A DNA stretch of 64,000 nucleotides from Anaeramoeba ignava BMAN. Its lineage: Eukaryota > Protista > Anaeramoebae. Below, piece by piece: positions 25,394 through 35,968 of this stretch. The stretch covers positions 248,001 through 312,000 of the forward strand of contig JAPDFW010000074.1 in assembly GCA_028826165.1 (NCBI GenBank), written 5' to 3'. The position numbers were made by a program, and so were the translations under genes. The notes beneath the pieces are model-generated. The model worked only from the letters and a program-made list of their open reading frames with translations. It searched no databases and was not told where the DNA came from. Position 1 is the first letter of the stretch. Each line of letters begins with the position of its first letter.

Positions 25394-27985
25394 ATGAAAT
25401 TAATTCTTTTCTTTTCCTTTTTTCTTTTTCTTAATTATCAATATTTTCTTAATTCAATCAAATCAAAATCAAAATCAAAATCAACAAAATTCAATTTCAA
25501 CAATAATTCAAGAATTAGAAACAACAAGATTATTAACAGAAACAACAAGATATTATTCTACTCCAGATGAAGCTTGGATTTGGAATTTATTAGATCAATT
25601 TTCAGGTTCAGGATATTTTGGGCATTCTGTTTCAATTTATGAAGATGTTCTTGTTATTGGTGTTGATGGTGCAAGAAAAGCATTTATTTACAGATATAAT
25701 GGATCAATTTGGAATCAAGAACAAGTTTTGGATAAACCTTTAATTTCAAGTTTTGGGAAGTCTGTTTCAATTTATGAAGATGTTATTGTTATTGGTGCTG
25801 ATTATACAAATCAAGTATTTATTTACAGATATAATGGAACAATTTGGAATCAAGAACAAAATTTCTATGAACCTTTAATTCCATATTTTGGATGGAGTGT
25901 TTCAATTTATGAGAATGTTACTGTTATTGGAACTTATGGTGCAAATCAAGCATTTATTTACAGATATAATGGAACAAATTGGAACCAAGAAGAAAATTTG
26001 AGTGAACCTTCATATTCATATTTTGGATCTTCTGTTTCAATTTATAAAGATGTTATTGTTATTGGAGCTCCTGATGCAAGAAAAGCATATATTTACAGAT
26101 ATAATGAATCAATTTGGAATCAAGAACAAAATTTGAGTGAACCTTTAATTACAAATTTTGGATGGTCTGTTTCAATTTATGAAGATGTTATTGTTATTGG
26201 AGCTCCTGATGCAAAAAAAGCATATATTTACAGATATAATGAACCAATTTGGAATCAAGAAAAATTTTTGAGTGAATCAATTACAAATTTTGGATATTCT
26301 GTTTCAATTTATGGGAATTTTACTGTTATTGGTGCTCCTGATGTAAATAAAGTATTTGTTTATGAAGGTAGTTTCATTCCTCAAGTTAATATTGTTAATT
26401 GTTCATCTTTGTTTTCATTATTTGATTGTTATTGGGATAAAATTCAATCTTCTTTAACATTGATTTATCAAATTAATTATGGATATGATTGGATTGATAT
26501 TGATTCTCCAATTCTTGAAGATGGAAATGTTTATTATCAACAATTTAATTCTTCAATTTATGATAATATTACTGGAAATGAATATTATTCAATTCAAATC
26601 AAAGCTTGTGATATATCAACAATGAAATGTGGTGAATCTTCTTCTTTCATTAATTTAACAACAAAAATTGATTCTGTAAAAAATTTTCAATTATCAAATC
26701 CTTCAAATAATTCAATTAATGTTACTTGGGATTATCCAAATGTTCAGATAAATGAAGGAATTGCTCATCTTAATCATTACAATCTTTCTTATTTCATTCA
26801 ATCTCAACCTGATTTAATATCTTTCATTTCAGTTGATAATTCTTCACTTGATTATTTTTTGAATAATTTAGAATGTGAAAATGATTATAATATTTCAATT
26901 TGTGGATGTAGAACACATGAATGTGAAGGAGATAATAAAGGAGAAATTGTTGAATCATCAATTTCATTATTATTTGGTGAAATTACAAATTTAACATGCT
27001 CAATTTCAAATTCAATAGATATTAATTGTAATTGGAATCAACCAATTAATTGTTCAATTCCATTTTATTATAATTTAACTTATCAATCAATTTATCAAAA
27101 TGATTCAGGAAATTATCAACCAACTTCATCAAATCAACAATTTACAGTTCAAATTCCAAATCAAGAATATCAAATCAATATATCAGCATGTAATTCAAAT
27201 GGAAAATGTGGATATATTTCATCAATTTCAATTAAAACTGATAATTTAACTTCTCCAATAATTTATGAAACAATTTCTAAAATTGAAGAAATTGAATTTA
27301 ATTTCACAAAATTAACAAATGCAAAAAATTATTCAATTTCACTTGATAATGAAACAAATTGGGGAAAATTCACATCTCTTGATTTAAGTGGAAATGAAGT
27401 AATTGGAATAATAAGTGGAATATCAGGAAATATTGAATATAATATTTCAATTCGAGGATGTGTTGATTTAAATTGTGAAACTCCATATTTAGGATTACCT
27501 AGTTCAATTATTTCAACAAGAGCTAAATTAGGAAATATTACTTCATTAAATTGTAATTCATTAATTAATGGATTTGAATGTAGTTGGAATTCATTAATTT
27601 TATCAAGTGGATTAAAAGCATATTCATTTACTTATAATTCAACTTCAATTTGTTTATCAAATTTAACAACAATTTATTCAGTTTCAGGATTAAATGAAGG
27701 AGAATATTATGAAATTTCAATTTATTCATCAGCTGATTTAAATTGTTCATTTAATGAATATTCAGGAATTAATTCAACAACATCAATTACAATATCAACA
27801 ATAAATGAATCTAATAATAATTCAAAAACAACAGCAATAACTTTAGGTATAATTATTCCAATTTTAGTTATTTCAATAATTATTATTGGAATTATTTTCT
27901 ATAAAAGAAAAAAAGAAAATCAAAATCAAAAAAACAAGAAGAAAACAAAGAAGAACAAGAACTTCAAGATAATTTGGATATTTAA
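25394..27985 (+). CDS. Receptor copy A: signal peptide + 6 FG-GAP-like blades + FN3-like stalk + TM; apparent frameshifts near 25430 and near 27905
   Basis: ATG 25394 is homologous to paralogue starts but out of frame with the main ORF by one extra T. The paralogous stop (DNLDI*) at 27985 is in another frame. Confidence 0.75.
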
Positions 27986-28097
27986 TTCCAAATTCAATTT
28001 CAAATTCAATTTCAATTTCCTTCTTTTCATTTTTCTTCAATTTCAAAAATTAAAAAATTAAAATAAAAAATAAAAACAAAATTTCATTCCATTTTTA

Positions 28098-28505
28098 TAT
28101 TTAAATCTAAAACAATAAATTATTATTTTAATAATAAAATTAAATATTAAATTATATTTTTAAATTAATTTATAAATTAAATATTAAATTAAATATATTT
28201 TCATTTTTAATATTTATATGTTAAATATTTAAATAATAAAATATTTAAATCTAAAACATTAAATTATTATTTTAATAATAAAATTAAATATTAAATTATA
28301 TTTTTAAATTAATTTATAAATTAAATATTAAATTAAACTTATTTTTATTTTTTATATTTTTATGTTAAATATTTAAATAATAAAATATTTAGATATAAAA
28401 CAATAAATTATTATTTTAAACATAAAATTAAATATTAAATTATATTTTTAAATTGATTTATAAATTGAATATTAAATTAAATCTATTCTTATTTTTTATA
28501 TTTAC
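28098..28505 (+). repeat. ~145-bp AT-rich satellite, about 3 units
   Basis: Same unit as at 24340, between copies A and B. Confidence 0.8.
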
Positions 28506-28994
28506 AAAAAGAAAAAAAGATATAAATTTGAATCAAATTTTTAATTTAGATTTAATTTAGATTTAATTTAGATTTAATTAATAATTAAATTAGAAATAAA
28601 ATTCTCTTTCTTTTTCTTATTAAATTATTATTAAATTATTATTAAATTTCTTTTTCTTTTTTTTGAAGAATTTAAATTAAAATTATTTCATTAATTTAAA
28701 TAGAAATTATCATTAATTAATAATAAAAAATTATTTCTAAAATATAATTTAATTTAAATTTTAAATTCATTTATTCAATTTTTAATTAAAAATAAACATT
28801 TTTTTTTCATTTCTTCTTTTCATTCTTTTTTTTCATTCTTTTTTTCTTTCAAACAAAAACAAAAACAAAAAAGTAAGAAAAAAAATATTTTTTAATTAAT
28901 AAACACAAAATAAACACAAAAATAAACTTATTTTATTAATTTTCTATTTATTTTTAATTCAAAAATAGCAAAACAAAACAAAACAAAACAAAAA

Positions 28995-31724
28995 ATGAAA
29001 TTAATTCTTTTCTTTTCTTTTTCCTTTTTCTTAATTATTAATATTTTCTTAATTAAATCAAATCAAAATCAAAATCAAAATCAACAAAATTCAATTTCCA
29101 CAATAATTCAAGAACTAGAAACAACAAGATTATTAACAGAAACAACAAGATATTATTCTACTCCAGATGAAGCTTGGATTTGGAATTTATTAGATCAATT
29201 TTCAGGTTCAGGATATTTTGGGCATTCTGTTTCAATTTATGGAGATGTTACTGTTATTGGAACTGGTAATGCAAATCAATCATATATTTACAGATATAAT
29301 GGATCAATTTGGAATCAAGAACAAATTTTGAGTGAACCTTCAGCTTCATATTTTGGATCTTCTGTTTCAATTTATGAAGATGTTATTGTTATTGGAGCTC
29401 CTGGTGCAAATCAATCATATATTTACAGATATAATGGAACAATTTGGAATCAAGAACAAATTTTGAGTGAACCTTCAGCTTCATATTTTGGATCTCCTGT
29501 TTCAATTTATGAAGATGTTATTGTTATCGGAGCTCCTGATGCAAGAAAAGCATTTATTTACAGATATAATGGAACAAATTGGAATCAAGAAGAAAATTTG
29601 AGTGAACCTTCATATTCAAATTTTGGATTTTCTGTTTCAATTTATGAAGATGTTATTGTTATTGGAACTTATGGTGCAAATCAAGTATTTATTTACAGAT
29701 ATAATGGATCAATTTGGAATGAAGAACAAGTTTTGGATGAACCTTTAATTTCAAATTTTGGATTTTCTGTTTCAGTTTATGAAGATGTTATTGTTATTGG
29801 AACTTATGGTGCAAATCAAGCATTTATTTACAGATATAATGAATCAATTTGGAATGAAGAACAAATTTTGAGTGAACCTTCATATTCATATTTTGGATGG
29901 TCTGTTTCAATTTATGAAGATGTTATTGTTATTGGAGCTCCTAATGCAAATAAAGCATTTATTTACAGATATAATGAATCAATTTGGAATCAAGAAAAAT
30001 TTTTGAGTGAATCAGCTACAGATTTTGGGAATTCTGTTTCAATTTATGAGAATTTTACTGTTATTGGAGCTTATGTTGCAAATCAAGCATTTGTTTATGA
30101 AGGTAGTTTCATTCCCCAAGTTAATATTCTTAATTGTTCATCTTTGTTTTCATCATTTGATTGTTATTGGGATAAAATTGAATTTCCTTCAACTTTGAAA
30201 TATCAAATTAATTATGGATATGATTGGATTGATATTGATTATCCAATTCTTGAAGATGGAAATGTTTATTATCAACAATTTAATTCTTCAATTTATGATA
30301 ATATTACTGGAAATGAATATTATTCAATTCAAATCAAAGCTTGTGATATATCAACAATGAAATGTGGTGAATCTTCTTCTTTCATTAATTTAACAACAAA
30401 AATTGATTCTGTAAAAGATTTTCAATTATCAAATCCTTCAAATAATTCAATTAATGTTACTTGGAATTATCCAAATGTTCAGATCAATGAAGGAATTGCT
30501 CATCTTAATCATTACAATCTTTCTTATATCATTCAATCTCAACCTGATTTAATATCTTTCATTTCAGTTGATAATTCTTCACTTGATTATCTTTTGAATA
30601 ATTTAGAATGTGAAAATGATTATAATATTTCAATTTGTGGATGTAGAACACAAGAATGTGAAGGAGATGATAAAGGAGAAATTGTTGAATCATCAATTTC
30701 ATTATTATTTGGTGAAGTTACAAATTTAACATGTTCAATTTCAAATTCAATAGATATTAATTGTAATTGGAATCAACCAATTAATTGTTCAATTCCATTT
30801 TATTATAATTTAACTTATCAATCAATTTATCAAAATGATTCTGGAAATTATCAACCAACTTCATCAAATCAACAATTTACAGTTCAAATTCCAAATCAAG
30901 AATATCAAATCAATATATCAGCATGTAATTCAAATGGAAAATGTGGATATATTTCATCAATTTCAATTAAAACTGATAATTTAACATCTCCAATAATTTA
31001 TGAAACAATTTCTAAAATTGAAGAAATTGAATTTAATTTCACAAAATTAATAAATGCAAATAATTATTCAATTTCACTTGATAATGGAACAAATTGGGAA
31101 AAATTCACATCTCTTGATTTAAGTGGAAATGAAATAATTGGAATAATAAGTGGAATATCAGGAAATATTGAATATAATATTTCAATTCGAGGATGTGTTG
31201 ATTTAAATTGTGAAACTCCATATTTAGGATTACCTAGTTCAATTATTTCAACAAGAGCTAAATTAGGAAATATTACTTCATTAAATTGTTATTCATTAAT
31301 TAATGGATTTGAATGTAATTGGAATTCATTAATTTTATCAAGTGGATTAAAAGCATATTCATTTACTTATAATTCAACTTCAATTTGTTTATCAAATCTA
31401 ACAACAATTTATTCAGTTTCAGGATTAAATGAAGGAGAATATTATGAAATTTCAATTTATTCATCAGCTGATTTAAATTGTTCATTTAATCAATATTCAG
31501 GAATTAATTCAACAACATCAATTACAATATCAACAATAAATGAATCTAATAATAATTCAAACACAGCAGCAATAACTTTAGGTATAATTATTCCTATTAT
31601 TGTTATTTCAATAATTATTATTGGAATTATTTTCTATAAGAAGAAAAGAAGAAAACAAATTATCAAAGAAATTATCAAAGAAAACAAAGAAGAACAAGAA
31701 CTTCAAGATAATTTGGATATTTAA
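28995..31724 (+). CDS. Receptor copy B: signal peptide + 7 FG-GAP-like blades + FN3-like stalk + TM + short tail (909 aa)
   Basis: Intact ORF with seven FGxSVSIYxDVIVIG..A..A(F/Y)IYRYN...W repeats, FN3-like W/Y pattern and TM ITLGIIIPIIVISIIIIGIIF. Confidence 0.9.
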   Translation: MKLILFFSFSFFLIINIFLIKSNQNQNQNQQNSISTIIQELETTRLLTETTRYYSTPDEAWIWNLLDQFSGSGYFGHSVSIYGDVTVIGTGNANQSYIYRYNGSIWNQEQILSEPSASYFGSSVSIYEDVIVIGAPGANQSYIYRYNGTIWNQEQILSEPSASYFGSPVSIYEDVIVIGAPDARKAFIYRYNGTNWNQEENLSEPSYSNFGFSVSIYEDVIVIGTYGANQVFIYRYNGSIWNEEQVLDEPLISNFGFSVSVYEDVIVIGTYGANQAFIYRYNESIWNEEQILSEPSYSYFGWSVSIYEDVIVIGAPNANKAFIYRYNESIWNQEKFLSESATDFGNSVSIYENFTVIGAYVANQAFVYEGSFIPQVNILNCSSLFSSFDCYWDKIEFPSTLKYQINYGYDWIDIDYPILEDGNVYYQQFNSSIYDNITGNEYYSIQIKACDISTMKCGESSSFINLTTKIDSVKDFQLSNPSNNSINVTWNYPNVQINEGIAHLNHYNLSYIIQSQPDLISFISVDNSSLDYLLNNLECENDYNISICGCRTQECEGDDKGEIVESSISLLFGEVTNLTCSISNSIDINCNWNQPINCSIPFYYNLTYQSIYQNDSGNYQPTSSNQQFTVQIPNQEYQINISACNSNGKCGYISSISIKTDNLTSPIIYETISKIEEIEFNFTKLINANNYSISLDNGTNWEKFTSLDLSGNEIIGIISGISGNIEYNISIRGCVDLNCETPYLGLPSSIISTRAKLGNITSLNCYSLINGFECNWNSLILSSGLKAYSFTYNSTSICLSNLTTIYSVSGLNEGEYYEISIYSSADLNCSFNQYSGINSTTSITISTINESNNNSNTAAITLGIIIPIIVISIIIIGIIFYKKKRRKQIIKEIIKENKEEQELQDNLDI

Positions 31725-32196
31725 TTCCAAATTCAATTTCAAATTCAATTTCAATTTCCTTCTTTTCATTTTTCTTCAATTTCAATTTCAAAAATTAAAA
31801 TAAAAAATAAAAAACAAAATTTCATTCCATTTTTATATTTAAATCTAAAACAATAAATTAATATTTTAAACATAAAATTAAATATTAAATTATATTTTTA
31901 AATTAATTTATAAATTAAATATTAAATTAAATCATTATTCTTATTTTTTATATTTAAATAATAAAATATTTAAATACATTAAAAATATTTAAATTCAAAA
32001 CATTAAATTAATATTTTTAATAATAAAATTAAAATTATTAAATTATTTTATTTTTAAATTAATTTATAAATTAAATTTAAATTAAAATATTTAAATCTAA
32101 AACATTAAAAAAGAAAAAAATAAAAGTTATTTTTTAAAGAAATTTATAAATTAAAAATTTTTCTATTTTTATTTTTATTTTTATTAAATAAAAGAA

Positions 32197-35100
32197 ATGC
32201 TTGAATTTTTACAATTTTTACAAAAACATTAAATTAATATTTTGGACAAAATTAAATTTAAACAATATTTTTAAATTTAATTTATAAATTAAATATTAAA
32301 TAAATGTATTTTATTTTTTTATTTGAAGGAAAGATTTAAAAATAAAATATTTAATTCTGGAAACTAAAATGGTCATTTGAAAACAATTTAGAATTAGTTT
32401 TTCTTTAAATTAATTTATAAAGAATGTATGTTCTTTATTTGAAAAAGAAAAGTTCTTTTTAAAGAAAATTAAATTAAAAATTTTTCATTTTTATTGAATT
32501 TATTAAAAATAAAAAATTTTTACAATTTTAAAAAATTAACTAATGTTTGGATTAATGCTCAATTTTTGCTAATTTAAATATTCCTTTAAATGATTCTTTT
32601 CAAGAAAAGTTGAAGGAAGAGATTCTATTCTTTATCATCTTTCTGATAAAGGAAAATTAAAATGGTCATTTTAAAAAATTTAAATTCAGTTTTTATTTGT
32701 GTTTAAATCAAAATTAAAAATAAAATTTCAAATTAAAATTAAAATTAAAATTAAAATTAAAATTCATTTATAAAAGAATTAAAATTAAAATTAAAATTCA
32801 TTTATAAAATTAAAATTAAAATTAATATTTAAAATTCATTTATTCTTTTCAGAAAATTTAAATTTAAATTCATTTATAAAGGAAAAGTAAAATTCATTTA
32901 TAAAATAAAAATTAAAATTAAAATTCATTTATAAAATTAAAATTAAAATTAATATTAAAATAAAATTTAAATTCATTTATAAAATAAAAATTAAAATTAA
33001 AATTTAAATCAAAATTAAAATTAAAATTAAAATTAAAATTAAAATTAAAATTAAAAATTAAAATTCATTTATAAAATTAAAATCAAAATTAAAATTAAAA
33101 TAAAAATTAAAATTAAAATTAAAAATTAAAATCAAAATTAAAATTAAAATTAAAATCAAAATCAAAATTAAAATTCATTTAAAATTAAAATTAAAATTAA
33201 AATATACAATTAAAATTAAATTAAAAAATTAAAATTAAATTAAAATTAAAATTAAAATTAAAATCAAAATTAAAATTAAAATTAAAATTAAAATTAAAAT
33301 TAAAATTAAAATCAAAATTAAAATTAAAATCAAAATTAAAATTAAAATTAAAATTAAAATTCATTTATAAAATTAAAATTCAAATTAAAATTAATATTAA
33401 AATTCTTTTATAAAATTCTTTTATAAATTTCTTTTATAAAATTAAAAGAAAAATAATACGGAAATTACACATTGGCAAGATACAAAAAAAGGACAACAAA
33501 TTACAAAAGAAAGAGGAATAAAAGATAAAAAAAACAAAACAAAACAAAACCAAGGAAATAAAACACAAGTAAAAAAAGGTGACGATGAAGAAGAAAGTGA
33601 TAAAAAAAAAAGGCAAAACGAAGAAAATAAAGACGAAAATCCAGATCCAGAAATGGAAGAATTAGAAAAAAAATTTGGAAGAAGAAATCGAGGAAAATCA
33701 ACAAAACCAAATCAAAAATTCCAAAAAAAAAAGAATCAAAACAAAAAAAAACAAAATTCTAAAGAGAATTCTAGAGAAAATAGTTCGAATAACTTGAAAT
33801 TGGATGAAAAACAAAAATCAACTGATATCGATGACAAGGATTTAGATAAATTATTAAAAAAATTTATGGGAACAGGAGAATCTGATCTGTCTTTTCATCT
33901 TAGTTCAGATGATGAAGAAATTGATGAAAATGAAATTGAGGAAAAAATCGAAAAATTTCGAAAAGAAAAGGAAGAAAAAATTAAAGAAGAAGAAAAAGGC
34001 AAAAAAAAAGGAGGAGTTTTTGGGTTTTTTAAAAGTCTAGCGAGTGATTCAGAATTAACAAGAAAGGATCTGGTTCCGGTTGTTGATAAATTTCGTCTTC
34101 ATTTGATTACTAAAAATGTACCTTCAGAAATTGCACAAAAAATTTGTGAATCTATTATTGTTAATCTTGAAGGAAAAAAAATTGGGAAATTTACAAGAAC
34201 TGTTGCAGTTGTTAAGGAAGCGATTGAAGATTCCATTATGAAAATATTAACACCCAAGAAAGATATTAATATTCTAAAAAATATTGAGGAATCAAAAACA
34301 AAAGGGGTGCCTTATACAATTGTATTTTGTGGAGTGAATGGAGTTGGGAAAGTAAAAATATTCAAATATAAAAAAAATATTCAAATATAAAAAAATATTC
34401 AAATAATTTATATAAAAAAATATTTAAATATTTATAAAAGTGTCTTGCAAAAAATACTCCGATTCTACTTTATAACGGTTCAATCCAAAACGTTCAAGAT
34501 ATCAAACAAGGATCTCTAATAATGGGTGATGATTCAACTCCAAGAAAAGTCATTTCAACTACAAAAGGAAAAAGTGAAATGTTTAAAATCACTCATTCAG
34601 ATGGAAGGTTTTATATTGTTAACAACCAACACATTTTAACTCTTCAAAACAAACAAGGAAAAACCATTGATATTTCAATCCAAGATTATTTGAAAAAATC
34701 AACATTTTGGAAACAGCAATATTTCGGGTTTACAGTTCCTGTTGATTTTCAAAAACAACAAATTCAAATCAATCCTTATTCGTTTGCTTTATGGATTGCT
34801 GGCAAAAAAACACTGAATAAGGATTTTTTAAACAGGAACAAATTTATTCCAAACGAACTCAAATTCAACACAAGAAAAATTAGAATGGAATTTTTGTCTG
34901 GATTAATTGATTCAATTGGAAAAAGAGAAGTTATAAAAGATGGAGAAAAAGAAAAAGCATATTATGAATTGGATTTTGGTTCTGAAAATAAAACACTCAG
35001 AAATGATGTTGAATTCATTTGCAATTCTTTAGGATTAAAAACGCAACGTGAAGAAACAGAGAATTTAATAATTTTGGAGGAAGAAATGGAAAAAATTGAG

Positions 35101-35850
35101 AAAGCAGGAAAATCAAGAAATTGCTGTTCAAATGAAACAGACAAAAATCAAGGAGTTCATCTTTATAATTTTGCAGTTGAATCAATCGGAGAAGATGAAT
35201 ATTTTGGATTTACACTTGATGGAAATGGAAGGTTTATTTTAGGGAATTTTATCGTTACACACAACAGCACATCACTTGCCAAAATTGCGTTTTGGTTGCA
35301 ACAGAAGAAATACAGCATCATCATTGCGGCTGGAGATACTTTCCGCTCTGGAGCTGTTGAGCAGCTTCGGGTTCATGCAAAATGCTTGAATATCCCTTTG
35401 TTCGAAAGAGGATACAGGAAAGACCCAGTCAATGTTGCTGCTGCTGCAATTCGAAAAGCGCAAAGCGAGAATATTGATGTTGTTCTTGTTGACACAACTG
35501 GAAGAATGCAAGACAACGAAACGCAGATGCGCGCGTTAGTTCGTCTTGTTGAGGTCAACAATCCTGACTTACTTTTGTTTGTTGGAGAGGCTTTAGTTGG
35601 GAATGATGGTGTTGATCAATTGGTTCAATTCAATCGTTGTTTGGCTGATTATTCAAATCTTCCTAATCCTAGACTTATTGATGGTATTCTTTTGACTAAG
35701 TTTGATACTATTGATGATAAAGTTGGTGCTGCTTTATCAATGGTTTATACTTCGGGTCAACCTATTGTTTTTGTTGGAGTTGGACAAACATATCCTGATT
35801 TGAAGAAAATGGATGCAAAAGTTGTTTGCAAACTTTTGACCAAGATTTAA
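32197..35850 (+). CDS. SRPRA: Signal recognition particle receptor alpha subunit (SRP GTPase) containing an intein; 5' part garbled; intron 34352-34440
   Basis: NG-domain motifs [16 protein letters not shown]|[50 protein letters not shown] and GVGQTYPDL. Longin-like fragments MLEF(F)TIFTK at 32197 and [12 protein letters not shown] near 32370 are frameshifted. Confidence 0.85.
34441..35265 (+). mobile_element. Intein (275 aa) with degenerate LAGLIDADG endonuclease remnant, inserted in the SRalpha P-loop (GVGK/S)
   Basis: Block [14 protein letters not shown], block [10 protein letters not shown], blocks [25 protein letters not shown] followed by Ser+1. Removing it restores [15 protein letters not shown]. 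Confidence 0.95.
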
Positions 35851-35968
35851 ATCAAATTTCAAATTAAATTTCAATTCAAAAATCAAAATCAATATTTTTT
35901 TTTCTTTCAAAAATAAAAACTAAAAAAAATCTTTCTTAAATTTCCGTTTATTTTTTCCCTAATTCCCT

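Noticed and set aside
28995-31724. Calling the receptors true integrin alpha subunits
   Set aside because: No DxDxDG calcium loops, no GFFKR tail motif, and the stalk is FN3-like; only the FG-GAP-like propeller is shared.
34522-35850. Treating ORF 34522..35850 as a stand-alone Hedgehog/Hint-GTPase gene
   Set aside because: The frame extends upstream to Cys at 34441 after a splice acceptor, and removing the insert restores the SRalpha P-loop; it ends His-Asn/Ser like a canonical intein.
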